From: Lama guanicoe | Taxonomy: Eukaryota | Length of the DNA stretch: 64,000 nucleotides | Reading direction: 5' to 3' | Assembly (NCBI GenBank): GCA_013239625.1 | Contig: MU054212.1 | Span: forward strand, 8,517,084-8,581,083 | Shown: piece after piece, positions 38,290 through 50,589 of the stretch | Numbering within the stretch: the first letter of the stretch is position 1 | Layout of the letters: each line of letters begins with the position of its first letter | Notes under the pieces: generated by a model | Database searches by the model: none | What the model was told of the DNA's origin: nothing | The model's input: the letters and a program-made list of their open reading frames with translations, nothing else | Program-made: the position numbers and the translations under genes

Positions 38290-38420
38290 GCAGCATTTTG
38301 TCCCCATTTTATAGATGAGGAATTGGGGCTCAGAGAGGTTTTTGTTCAGGGGCAACAACACTGTTGGTACCTGACAAATCTGGAGCTCACTCCAAAAATG
38401 TCTGATGGCAAAGCCCATCC
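38290..38420 (-). mobile_element. MIR SINE (antisense)
   Basis: tccccattttatagatgaggaattggggctcagagagg. Confidence 0.75.
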
Positions 38421-39514
38421 TCCCAACACGTGAACTACACAACATCTGTATAAAAATAAAAGCCACCCCCGCCAAGCTGACTGTCCTCCGGGCGCTGTTC
38501 TTACGCCTTTGTAGGAATTAAAGTATCTAATACTAACCAGAGTCGGAGCTGACAGTAAACTGTGGCGTCTGCACATCTGCCTTTCGCCAGCTTCCACTGT
38601 GACCACAGCACAGAAGAAGCGACTGAAAGCCAAAGTAGCTGTGTTGTGTGCAGTCATTGGGTTTTGCTGTTTGAAGTTCAAATAAGCACTGAAGAGGCAA
38701 GAGGCCTTATGAAAATGAAATGCTCCAGATGAAAGAATTACGTTAAAATAGAGCCATGAGTAAAAATGTGTGCTAAAGAACACTTCCCGTTTCCTTACTG
38801 CTGTGCACACTACTTACCAGGACAATGCGCAGTGCAGGCTCCCACACCGCTGCGTCGGCGTCCCTCACCTGTCCGGGGCTGGGTAGGGTGCATTAGTAGG
38901 GCCAGTATGTAGCTGTTAACTCTCGTTTGTCCTGTCCTTTTGAAATCACCATGACAGCATCAAGTCTGGAATGCAAACAGGTAGACAGGAAGACATATAG
39001 CCGTATCTGCCAGCCACTTATAAAGGACTGCTTTATAAATATTGTGATTTCTTACGATTTTGAGTCTTCAAGCCCCGAACTGCTAAGGACTTGAGGCTTG
39101 GAATCACAGAATTAATTTGAACAGCCTTATCATGGGAAAATGAAACAGTTTTGAAATACCTTTTTGAAAATAGGTTGAGGATCCTAAATTAGGAATCACT
39201 AATCTGATCATTTTTTCAGGAAACTGAAGCACAAAGTGAAATTTCTCACAGTATTACAGAGCTATGGCAGAATTGGGACTTAGAATTCAGGTCATCCTCC
39301 TGTAACTCCAGTGTAACCCACTGTACCCCCAGTGCCTATCTTCCCACCACATAGCCTTTAATGCTCTCTTTACACAGACAACTTTTCTTCATTGCCTTTT
39401 AATTTGCAAAAACAAAAATCTTCTCTACAGAGAAATGTCCTCATCACCAAAAACGATGGTTGAGGTGTTTTGGTTTTGTCTTCCACTTTAAGACTTTTTT
39501 CCTGTCACTTTCAG

Positions 39515-39661
39515 AAATTAACCCTGCAGCATGTGAACAGCAACCAGTGCCTGGACAAAGCCACCGAAGAGGACAGCCAGGTGCCCAGCATTAGAGACTG
39601 CAACGGAAGCCGGTCCCAGCAGTGGCTTCTTCGAAACGTCACCCTTCCGGAAATATTCTGA
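39515..39661 (+). CDS. GALNT1: GALNT1 last coding exon (lectin gamma repeat, stop)
   Basis: ctttcag| acceptor; [51 protein letters not shown] at 39659-39661; 147 nt. Confidence 0.97.
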   Translation, partial: KLTLQHVNSNQCLDKATEEDSQVPSIRDCNGSRSQQWLLRNVTLPEIF

Positions 39662-39702
39662 GACCAAATTTACGAAAAAACAAAAAAAAAAGATTGACTG
39701 GG

Positions 39703-39710
39703 CTACCTCA
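39703..39710 (+). promoter_or_regulatory. let-7 family 8mer seed match CTACCTCA
   Basis: Exact 8mer 42 nt after the stop; a second 7mer-A1 TACCTCA lies at 40257-40263. Confidence 0.7.
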
Positions 39711-39883
39711 GCATACATTTCTGCCACATTCTTAAGTAGCAAAAAAGGAAAAGTGCTTTCCTCCTGCGGGATGTAAGGTTTATCAGCCATTAAAGCTTCA
39801 GCGGCTCTTGGTCCCACTCGCTGTGAACCAGCCTTCCTGTCCAAGGACGTGAGACCACACAGTAGCGAGACTGTGCACGCTGA

Positions 39884-39891
39884 TGTTTACA
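39884..39891 (+). promoter_or_regulatory. miR-30-5p family 8mer seed match TGTTTACA
   Basis: Exact 8mer in the 3'UTR. Confidence 0.6.
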
Positions 39892-40670
39892 CGATTGAAA
39901 GAGTCTTTCATCCAGAATCATTGTAAAGAATATTCAGACTGAAACAATCTACAAAATGTGCTTTCGGGAGAGCTGCACCTTCTGTGGTTTGCTTGCACAT
40001 CAGGAATTTCTGCTGAACGTGCTGTCATAATGAAGAGATGTCCAAGGGTTTTTTTCTGATTAGAACTGGTAGCCAGTATATTACATATGGATATAAAAGT
40101 AAACGAAAAAGAACTGGAACCAGATTCAGAATCATGAAAACATTTTTACAACAATTAAAAAAAAACTATATTAAACAGGGTTTAAAAGAAATTAAAACAG
40201 AACTATGAGAAGTACAATTTGTTATAGTATAGTATAAAATTTCTATATAGATTTTATACCTCACTGGGAAAAATAACTGATTCCAATGACGTTCATTTTG
40301 TTTTCATCTGTGATGGTCATGGATGCTTTTTTTTTCCTTGGGGTGCTGAAATTGAGCTGAGAAAAAAGTGGCTCTTTGAACGTAGTTTTAATTGCTTTCT
40401 ATGGTTTTTTTTTTGTTTTTAATTTGGTTTGTGGACTGTTGGAATTGTAATTTTTAATTGCCTTCAAAAATGGAGATTTAAAATAATGTCTGGTTTCACT
40501 GAACAAGTTTGATATCTCAGTTGCTCTTGGGTCAGCCGGCTGATAGACTTTGTCTCACACATACACACACACAAATTTCTTATTAGATTTTCAACTTCCT
40601 AATTTGATTCAGCTGATAATGCTTAATACCCAAGATTCATACTACTGTACTACAGGTTTGTTTTCACAGC

Positions 40671-40676
40671 AATAAA
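40671..40676 (+). terminator. Candidate proximal polyadenylation signal AATAAA
   Basis: AATAAA followed by T/GT-rich tcttctgttctttttgttt. Confidence 0.5.
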
Positions 40677-40874
40677 TCTTCTGTTCTTTTGTTTATGATT
40701 CCACTCAGCATAAGGCCTGCACAAGTGATTTATTATTTGGGTATTTGGACATGATACATTTGATGGTTTTTTGAAAAACTTTTTTCACTCCATACTCAGA
40801 TGTGCTTCATTGTCAAGTGCATATTTAGATTAGGTTCTTGAATTGTAATGTTGATCTGCTGCTTCTTTTTTTTT

Positions 40875-40880
40875 AATAAA
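40875..40880 (+). terminator. Candidate polyadenylation signal AATAAA
   Basis: Preceded by a U-run, with T-rich sequence downstream. Confidence 0.55.
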
Positions 40881-41488
40881 ATTTGACTGAAAATGTTTAA
40901 TTGGCATTTTTTAATGAGTTAGCCAAAGAAGTGCAGCTTTTATTCCGTACTATTAGACCTGCATTTCTTCCCTAAATTCCATTTAGGTTAAATCAGTTTT
41001 CTTTTTCTGATTTTTAATACTACAAAATAGCCTGAGTATTGACTAGAAGTTGAGTATCAATTAATGTTTGAATCTCACAAAGAAAAATCTCACTGTGAAA
41101 TTTTTCCTGATATGTGAAGCAATCCATCAGCAAAGTGCATATATTTTCCTTCCTATTTGTAAGATTATATTTAATGATATTCTTTTCTTTGATTATCAAA
41201 GACTCTCACTGCAGGCAGTGCTGTTTCTTGTGCCTAAGAATGTTTCTGAAAGTTGCATCACTAATGTTACTTGGCAGGTTGAGCAGAAAGTGTCTCGTGT
41301 CCTGTTCAGGTCGGTGAGCACGATGCGTGCGCGGACGCGCTGGGGTGAGGCTGCAGCACCGAATGCAGACTTCGTCCCCAGGAAATCTGAGGTGAAGCAG
41401 GTGCTGAGTGGGACTTTTTCCTACTCCGTGAGCTGTGTTAATTCTATCTTTGGTAGGCCTAATGCTTGAATCAACCAGATGTTTAATC

Positions 41489-41494
41489 AATAAA
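41489..41494 (+). terminator. Candidate polyadenylation signal AATAAA
   Basis: AATAAA in the distal UTR. Confidence 0.4.
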
Positions 41495-41681
41495 TTATTT
41501 TCATGCTCAGAATTTCAGGTTTTATACTCTAGTGTAGCTTGGTCATATTCTTTACTGTAAGAAAGCTTAACAGCAATGTGACTTAAGGTTTTGTTGTATT
41601 TTTTAAAAGGGTGATGTGAGTGACTTAATCCATGGGTACTTTTAGAACCTGATAGATAACCCCATTGCCTTTATTTTTCTA

Positions 41682-41687
41682 ATTAAA
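41682..41687 (+). terminator. Candidate distal polyadenylation signal ATTAAA
   Basis: ATTAAA with a U-rich upstream element and gttgtg/ttggtttt downstream. Confidence 0.5.
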
Positions 41688-42299
41688 GAATTCCTACATA
41701 CTTTGGAAATACAAAATATTCCTGAATAGTTGTGCCTTACATTGGTTTTATTTAAAGTTAAACTGGCTCCCTGTTCTTTATAGCTGTCTGTTAGATTAGG
41801 CGGTGTGCTGATCACTGCTCTAAATCAAACTGCAAAGGAAAGAATGAATGAAAAAGAAAGCGAAGGATGAAAAGATGGGATTATTGACCAGTGAAGAATT
41901 CATAAATGGACAATTAAGGATAATTTGAATCTCACAAATCTAGTCACCCTATTCCAATCCCAACCCATCTTAATATGTCTTTCTGTTCTAATTGAGATTC
42001 TTGAAAATAGTACTTTATTCACCATTCTGCAAATAAAAGGCAGCATGTAGGCCGTGCCCTCGTTTCCCTGTTCCACATTCAGCTGAAAAACAAAGGTTCC
42101 TCTGTAAAGATCTGGTGCTGTCTCCATCTTTCAAGAAGTACACCAAGAACAAGTTAACTCCAGAATTACATGTGCTTCAAAGGAGAAGGAAATCAGAAAG
42201 GTAGTGTTTTTGAGGTGATAACTGAGAAGAGGAATACAAAGCGTGAATCATTTTGCGCTCTGGAAAATCAGATGTTTCCAATTATATGACACTGCTCCC

Positions 42300-43965
42300 A
42301 TTCCCTGACTTCTTGAAGATTACCAAGTGTTTGCTTGATAAATCTCCCAGAACTAATAATTTTGCAGGATGAGGCAAAACTCAGTTGTATTACCTTTACA
42401 CTAGCAACAAATAATTGAGAATTACATTTTAAACATGTAATTTATCATCAAAGTAAGTTAACAAAGACATGTACCAGACTCTTACCCTGAAAACTATGCA
42501 ACATTGCTGAGAGAAACTTACAGAACACTGCAATAAATATATTATGTTCGTCGATTGAACGACTAATGTTAAGATCTCAGTTGCCCACAAATTGATCTAT
42601 AGATTCAATGAAATCACAAAATGAGGTTTTCTTGGAGATATTGGCAAATATATATGGAAATGCAACAAACCCACACGAGCCAAGAAAATGTTGCAGAAAG
42701 AAAAAAAAAGTTGGAAGACTTTACTCAATTTTATGACTTGCTTTAAAGCTACAGAGACTAAGAAAATGCGGTACTAGAGGTACTGCCAACAGGCAGGTCA
42801 ATGTATAGAACAGAGTCCAGAAATCATACCCACACGTGTATGATTATTGACTCCAACAAAAATTCAGTAAGGAAGGGAAAATGCTTTCAGTTGGAGCCAG
42901 AGTAACTGGATGTCTGCGTGAGAAATCAGTGAACACTGATGCTTTCACACGATGCACGTTAATTCAGAATGGATCACAGGCCTAAATGTTAAGGGCAAAA
43001 TGAATTTCTGGAAGAAGACAACATCTTCATAACTCTCAGGATAGACAGATATCTTAGGACACAAAAGATGTTAACCATAAAAGAAAAAACCCATAAATCT
43101 CACCAAAATTAAACTTTCTCATCAAGAATATGCTATTAAAGTGAAAAGGCAATCCGTGGCCATGGAGAAAATGTTTGCGGGACACATAACTGACAAAGGA
43201 GTCATGTATGCAGAAAAATAATGTTTTAAAGCCAGTGTGAAAGCAACACAATATAAAAATCCATAAATGACTTGAATAGACGCTTCAAGGAAGCTGTCCA
43301 AAGGTGCAGCTAGCACAGGAGAAGGCCCCACCATGCGTCACCAGGGAGTGCGAAACGGAGCCGCAGGGAAGTAACGTTGCACACCTGCTGGATGGTGAGA
43401 GGGTGGAGCAACTGGTGCAAGTGGAAGCCAGTGTGATCACCTTGGGAGACAGCGTGTCAGGTCCTTACAAAAGTAAACATATGCCCACCCTCTACTCAGC
43501 GATTCCGACTTCCACAGACACAACCAAGAGAAACGAGAGCATGCGCCCACAGTAAGATTTGTGCAGGAATAGTCAGAGCTTTACAGTACTCCCAAACTGA
43601 AACTACCCAGATACCCATCAACAAGTTAGTGGATAATCAAAATAATGGTATATTTATACATTGGGATATTAGTCTGGAATTTTAAAATGTGAATTTCTGT
43701 TAGAACAATAGGGATAAGTCTTAAAAATGTTGAGCAAAGAAAGACGTTACATTTATATCAGGTTCAAGAACAGGCAGAACAAATCCTAGGGTGATCTCTG
43801 GCAGAGTACAGAGTGGAAACAAGCATGAGAAACCTTTCTGGAATAATGGAAATACTCTATAAATTGATTCAGATAATGGTTAACATGCACATAACTTAAA
43901 ATTTTATTGAGTTGTATACTTAGGACACATGCACTTTATTGTAGGTAAATTACACCTCAGTAAAG
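42300..43965 (+). mobile_element. Old L1 ORF2 3' part and 3'UTR
   Basis: cacaaattgatctatagattcaatgaaatc; cccaaactgaaactacccagatacccatcaac; ends aaattacacctcagtaaa. Confidence 0.8.
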
Positions 43966-44655
43966 CATTGGGGGAGGGGAATGAGGAAGATAAATTTCTG
44001 ACATCAAGATTTTCTCCACTGCTACAAAATGCCCAAAGGCTGAATAAATTGCAACAAACATACTTCCTATGGGATGCTGAGCTCAGAAGGAAAATATGAA
44101 AAATCCCTAATGTCTAGGGAAAAAATGGGGGAAAAAGGGGATTCATAAACTTAAGCTGCAGAAGTAATTGCTAAATATGAAAGCCCTTCTTCTCCTAGGA
44201 ACAAAATACAGTAACCAGAGTTTGAGGAATGGGATTTTAGGCCTGGGGCCTGAACAGAGTTGGAGAACTGAAGATCGTCTGCATAAAGCTGGGAGAGTCA
44301 GAGGCGTTACATCTGCAAGTAAAAGAGTGGCTGGGGAAGTCTGCCACCTTGTAAAGGAAACCAAAGGTAATCTGATTCTGCCCCTTTTTCAGGTGTAAAG
44401 GGTGACGAGGATGACGCCTCCCCTGTAATCACAAAGCCTGATTTTACATAGATCAAGGGTTTAAAGCCACAGTCATGATGTCTACAGATCAAGAAACAGT
44501 GAGTAGACTTATGGCACTTGCTGGAAATCATTATAATACATGCCTTTGAAAAAATTCCAGTCCCTTACATCCCCACAAATTAAATTATGGAATCATCTTC
44601 AAAGAGAGGAAGTGAGCCCCCAGTATGAACTTTTTTTTTTTTTTTAAAGTTTGCT

Positions 44656-47600
44656 GGAGATCAAGATGGTGGAGGATGCTGGGCTCACCTCCCCCCCGCC
44701 CCACGAACACATCAAAACTACAGCTACACAGAGTGACTCACACTGAAGTCAACCTGGAGACTGGCAGAACAGCTCTCCTACAACCAAGGCTGTGAAGAAA
44801 GATCGACAGGGAGGCTGTTGGAAGGGAAGAGAAGCGATCTGGTCGGGACCTGTTCCCCTAGTGGGGGACACAGAAGAGGAGGGGGAGCTCACAGCTCAGG
44901 GATCCTCCCTGGGCTCAAGCCACATATTAGGCACCCTAGCCCTGGGGTCTGCCATAAGGAAGATGCACCCTCTCAGCTGGTCTGGAAACCAGGAGAGCTT
45001 ACCTGAGGGCTGTAGGAAACTGAGACTCCATTTGGAAGATACATGCATGGACTCGCTTACCCCCATCACAGTGTGGAGGCAGCAAACTGAAAACTGCCTG
45101 GGGCTCTGGCTAGCTTGCCAGGACCACCCCAGTGCACCCCCTAGGCTGTACTGGGCTCCTCCTCCAGTCCCTCTTGCTCGGCTGCTTCCCACCAAGGCAG
45201 CAGCTGCAGATTTCAGTGAGCTTATGCACACCTGGAAAGAGCTGAGCCCGCTCAAACTCTGACCCTACCTCTGATGAGGTCGGAGGCAACCACTGCCAGC
45301 AAGCACTTCGGTGCACACACACAGGAAGGAGCGAGGCTGGCTCCGGGTAGAGACCGTCATGAGAGCAGCAGTCCCTGTGCAGACTCAGAAGGGAGTGAAG
45401 CTAGCTCCAGGTCAGAGACAGGCGTCACAGGAGCATGTGTCCCAGCTCAGTGGTGTGCCACCAGCCCCTCTATCCCCAACCCAGCCAAAAACCAAGGTGT
45501 GCACACCAGAGAAAAAGTGCAACCAGCAGAGTACAGCCCCAAATCCTTAGGCCTCAGCCACTTCCCAAACCAAGGTGGAGACTTCCATCACAACTGGGAG
45601 AAACCTAACTCCCTCGGGGTTTCTGCTGCAGCCCCTTGAGCCCCAGCCCTGGCCTCAACAGGGCAGTGACAATCACTGAGTATAGGAAAAGCCGCAGCTT
45701 GCACCTGGCTCTGGCTCTAGCCCCTCCAACTCCAGACCCACAACAAGACATTTAATTAAAATGCCAAAAGTTAAAGAGAATTCTAAAAAAGGCAAGAGAA
45801 AAAGCAGTGGCTCCCAGCACACCCTGGGGGAAGATGCAGCTCATGCTCCCTTGAGAACCAGCTCTCCACCAAATCCACTGGGCACACGCAGACTGCATAG
45901 GGATGCTCCCATACAAGGACACACCTCCAAGAACAGGCTAGGTAACTACTGCACCTCATCTCATAGAGACAGAGTTAAAATGAGAAGACAGGAATGTGTT
46001 TCAAACAAAAGATCAAGGAGGAAAAAGAAAAAACCCAGAAAAACCCTAATGAAACAGAAAGAATTTAGTTGATAGAGTTCAAAGCAATAGTAATAAGAAT
46101 GCTAACTGAACGAGGGGAAAGAATAGATGAACACGGTAAGAATTTTAACAAGGAACTAGAAAATGTAGAAAGAACCAGCCAGAGCTGAAGAATATAATAA
46201 ATGAAATGAAAAACATACTAGAGGGAATTAACAGCAGATTAAGTGACACAGAAGAATGTGAAAGCTGACTGGTTACTAGTATGGAAAGTGAATCAGTAGT
46301 GAAAATACTCCCAAGAGACAAAAGACGAGGACCAGACAACCTCATGGAGGGATTCTACCAAACGTACAAAGAAGAGTTAATACCTGTCCTTTTAAAACTA
46401 TCCTAAAAAATTGAAGAGGAGGGAATACTCCCAAATTCATTCTATAAGGCCATCATTACCCTGATACCATAACCAAAGACACAACAGCAACAGAAAATTG
46501 CAGCCTGATATCCCTGATGAATATAGATACAAAAATCATCAACAAAATATTAGCAAACTGAATTCAATTATATATAAAAGGATCAGACACCATGATGGAG
46601 TGGGGTTTATCCCACGAATCAAGGTTGGTTCAAGATCCACAAATCAATGTCATACATCACATTAATAAAATGAAGGATAAAAATCACGTGATCATCTCAG
46701 TAGATGCAGAAAAAAACATGACAAAATTCAACATCCATTCATGGTTAAAAAACTCATCAAAATTGTTATAGAGGGAACATACCTCAACACGATAAAGGCC
46801 ATTCATGACAACCCACAGCTAACATCATACCCAGCAGTGAATCCCTTTCCTTAAAATCAAGAGCAAGACAGGGATGCCCACTCCTGCCACTTCTATTTAA
46901 TACAGTATTAGAAGTCCTAGTCACAATCAGACGAGACAAAGAAGTAAAAGTCACCCAACTGGAAGAGAAGAAGTAAACCTGTCACTAGTTGCAGATGACA
47001 TGACACTATATTTAGGAAACCCTAAAGTCTCCACCAAAAAAACTATTAAACCTAATAAATCAATTCAGTAAAGTTGCAAAATACAAGATTAATATATATA
47101 CAGCAATCTGTTGCTTTTCTGTACACTAATAATGAACTATCAGAAAGAGAAAGCAAAGAAACAATCCCACTTACAATTGCATACAAAAATCAAATAAAAT
47201 ACCTGGAAATAAACTTAACTAAGGAGGTGGGAGAACTATACTCTAAAAAGTGTAAGACATTGATGAAGTGAATTAAATACGATACAAGTAAGTGGAAAGA
47301 CATTCGCGTTCATGGACTGGAAGAATTAATATTATTAAAATGGCCATGCTACCAAAAGCAGTCCCTATCAAAATAGCAATGACATTTTTCACAGAACTAG
47401 AACAAATAATCCTAAAATTTGTATGAAACCACAAAAGACACCAAATAACCAAAGCAATCTTGAGAGAAAAGAACAAAGCTGTAGGTACCATGCTCTATGA
47501 CTTCAGGCTATACTATAAAGCTACAGTAATCAAAACAGTATGGTACTGGCACAAAAACAGACACAGATCAATACAACAGAATAGAGAGCCTAGAAATAAA

Positions 47601-48340
47601 TCCACATACCCATGGTCAGTTAATACATGACAAAGGAGACAAAACTATACAATGGGGAAAAGACATTCTTTCCAATATGTGGTGCTGGGAAAACTGGACA
47701 GCTACATGTAAAAGAAACAAGTTATTCTTATCCCATAAACAAAAATAAACCCAAAATGGACTAAAGACCTAAATATAAGACCAGAATCCATAATACTCCT
47801 AGAAGAAAACATCGACAGTACACTCTTTGACATATCTTAGCAACATTTTTTGCTCAGGCAAAGGAAACAAAAGCAAAAATAAATGGGACCTAATTATACC
47901 TAAAAGCTTTTCCACAGGAAAGGAAACCACAACAAAACAGAAAGGCAACCTACTAAGTGAGAGACGATATATGCAAATGGTATGTCTGATAAGGGGTCAA
48001 TATTCAAAATATATAAAGAGCTCTTACAACTCAATACCAAGAATTCAAACAACCTGAGAACTGGACAGAAGATATGAATAGACAATTTTCCAAAGAAGAC
48101 ATACAGATGGCCAACAGGCACATGAAAATATACTCAACACCACTAAGCATCAGAAAATGCAAATCAAAGCCACAGTAAGATTTCACCTCACACCTGTCAG
48201 AATACCTATCATCAAAAAGACAACAAATAGTAAGTGTTGGCGAGGGTATGGAGAAAATGGAATACTATTTCACTGCTGGTGGGAATGTAAATTGGTACAG
48301 TCACTATGTAAACAGAGGTTCCTCAAAAAATTTAAAATGT
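44656..48340 (+). mobile_element. L1 with intact 5' end, rearranged or deleted ORF1-ORF2, 3'UTR missing
   Basis: Starts ggagatCAAGATGG (YY1-like); GC-rich 5'UTR; ORF1 start near 45980; RT-region ORF2 from ~46275 with many stops and frameshifts. Confidence 0.88.
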
Positions 48341-48344
48341 AAAA

Positions 48345-48840
48345 ACAAGCCTCTGTAACATCAAGTTGATCTGCTAATAATTTAATTGACTTCTTGGACA
48401 AAACTAAACAGTCTTCTGAGGAAGATAACAGAATACAGAATCTCTTCAATACGTCAGTCACAATGCTCAGTACAAAATGAAAAAGTAATAGATAAAAAAG
48501 TAAAGGTCACTTTCTTGTTTAACAGTCAATAAAAGCAGACCCACGAATAACCTAGATGAGGGAATTGGCAGACTCTTCAAAATAATGTGTTTTTAAAAAT
48601 AGATGCTCAAAAAATGGATATAATTTTAAAAATGGGAAATTTCAGATGAGATTTAGAAACTAGAAAAAAGAAAAAATCCTAAAATTGAAAAATATTAAAA
48701 AAAATTTGTTGAATGAGATTAATATCAAGTTGGACACAATAGAAAAAAGGGTCTGTGAATTTGGACTCAAGTCAATAAAAATGTTTCAGACTGAACCATG
48801 GATAGAGAAGGTGGAGAAAGAGAAAGAGAGCCTGAGTGGC
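48345..48840 (+). mobile_element. Older L1 5'/ORF1 remnant
   Basis: Peptide LLNEINIKLDTIEKRVCEF resembles the ORF1 coiled coil. Confidence 0.6.
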
Positions 48841-50547
48841 AGGGGCTTGGCCAAGACAGCAGAGCAAGACCCTGAGCTCACCTCCTCCCATGGGCACACC
48901 AAAATTACAGCTCTTTACAGAGCGCATTTATTAATAAGAAAGATCAGCACCTAGCAAAAAAAAAAAAAAGATCTTCTACAAGTTAAAACATAAAAAAGGA
49001 ACTGCAACAAAATGGGTAGAAGGGGTGGAGACAAAGCATAGTCAAGATCCAGAGCCCCAGGTGGGCGACCCCCGAGTGGGAGGATCATCACAATTGCAGA
49101 GGCTCCCGAGGAGCGGTGGGTCCAAGCCCCACATCGGACTCCCCAGCCTGAGGGTCCTGCACCGGGAAGATGAGCCACCAGAAAGTCTGGCTCTAAAGGC
49201 CAGTGGGGTCTGCTTCCGGGAGTCCAGGAGGGCTGCGGGAAATAGACTGCACTCTTCAAGGGCACACACAAACTCACGTGCTCTGGGACCCAGGGAAGAT
49301 GCAGTACTTTGAAAGGAGCCTGACTCAGACCCACCTGCTGATCTTGGAGAGCCTCCCGGTGAGGCAGGAGGCAACGAGAGCTCATTCTGCAGACACAGAA
49401 TTGGCGGCACCCCTTTTTGGGAGCTTCTTACCACATGGACACTGGTGCCAGCAAGCACCATTCTGGAGTCCTACCTCTCGGCTAGTAGCACGGGGACCCA
49501 GCCCCACCTACCAGCCTGTAAGCACTAGTACTGGGATGCCCCAGGCCAAGCAACCAGCCAGGCAGGGGCACAACCCCACCCGCAAGTAGGCAGGCTACTC
49601 TAAGGTCCCCTGAGCCCACAGTTGCCCCAGGACCTGCCTGGCCCCACACACCACAGCACCAGCACTAGTACTGGCATGCCAGCGACCCCCAGGATCTGCT
49701 CCGCCCACAAGTGAGCAGGCACTAGCCTCTGGTCCCTCTAGGCCCCAGCCCCACCCAGCAGCAGGCTGACCCCAGCCCCCGGACCCCACGGGCCCGGCCC
49801 CACTCACCAGCAGGCCAGCACCAGCTTTGAGACACCCTTGACCCTGCAGCTAGCCATGTCAGTAACTGGCCCACCTACCAAAAGACCAACACTAGATCCT
49901 GGAACCCCGGCCCCACAACCACCCACCCCAGAACCCAGGTCAGCCCACCAGCGGGCCAGCACTAGCCACAGGACCCCCAGGATGCAGCAGCCAGCCACCT
50001 CATGACCCAGCCCTACCCACCAGGAGCTGGCAGCCTCCAAACAAGGCAGGGCCTGGCAGCCAACTGAACTCGGGGCCCACCATGCTTACCAGCCATGCCC
50101 ACAGTAGTCAGTCCACCACAAAGAAGAACCACACAGCCCGTATAGGGGGCAGCCCTAGCTCTGGTGATGGTGGGGGAGTGCGGTGCTGGGACACAGAGGA
50201 CGTCTCCTACAAAAGGCCACCTCTCCAAGGTTGGGGAAACAACCAACATAACAGATACACAGCAATAAAAACAGCAAGTTAGGTAAAATGAGACGACAGG
50301 AACATGGTCCAAACAAAGGAACAAGGTAAAACCCCAGGAGAACTAAGTGAACTGGGGGTAGGCAATCTAATCCAAAGAAAATGAAGACACTAATTCACAG
50401 TAGCATTACTTACAATAGCCAAGATATGGAAACAACCTAAGTGTCCATCAGCAGATTAACTGATAAAGAAGATGAGATATATATAATATATACACACACA
50501 CACACATATATACACACACACACACATACACCACAGCAGTATGTGTG

Positions 50548-50589
<42 letters not shown>

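Larger units (their letters stand above)
466..41725 (+). other. GALNT1: GALNT1 gene body (first coding exon through 3'UTR; non-coding exon 1 and promoter upstream of window)
   Basis: CDS join(573..711,6402..6576,16125..16291,21816..22023,25845..26015,28099..28216,29649..29829,30661..30800,34245..34343,34986..35120,39515..39661) = 1680 nt, 559 aa, [17 protein letters not shown]...NVTLPEIF*. All junctions are GT-AG with consistent phases. The 3' end is approximate. Confidence 0.97.
39662..41725 (+). other. GALNT1: GALNT1 3'UTR (about 2 kb, end approximate)
   Basis: AU-rich sequence after the stop with no recognisable interspersed repeats; AATAAA at 40671, 40875, 41489 and ATTAAA at 41682 followed by GT/T-rich sequence. 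Confidence 0.75.

Noticed and set aside
41068..41469. 133-aa ORF in 3'UTR
   Set aside because: TTG start, no coding signature or known homology.
44656..48340. Active full-length L1
   Set aside because: Numerous stops and frameshifts; endonuclease region and 3'UTR absent.
49495..50060. CRISPR-like repeat-spacer array
   Set aside because: Eukaryotic context with highly degenerate units inside an L1 5'UTR; no cas genes.
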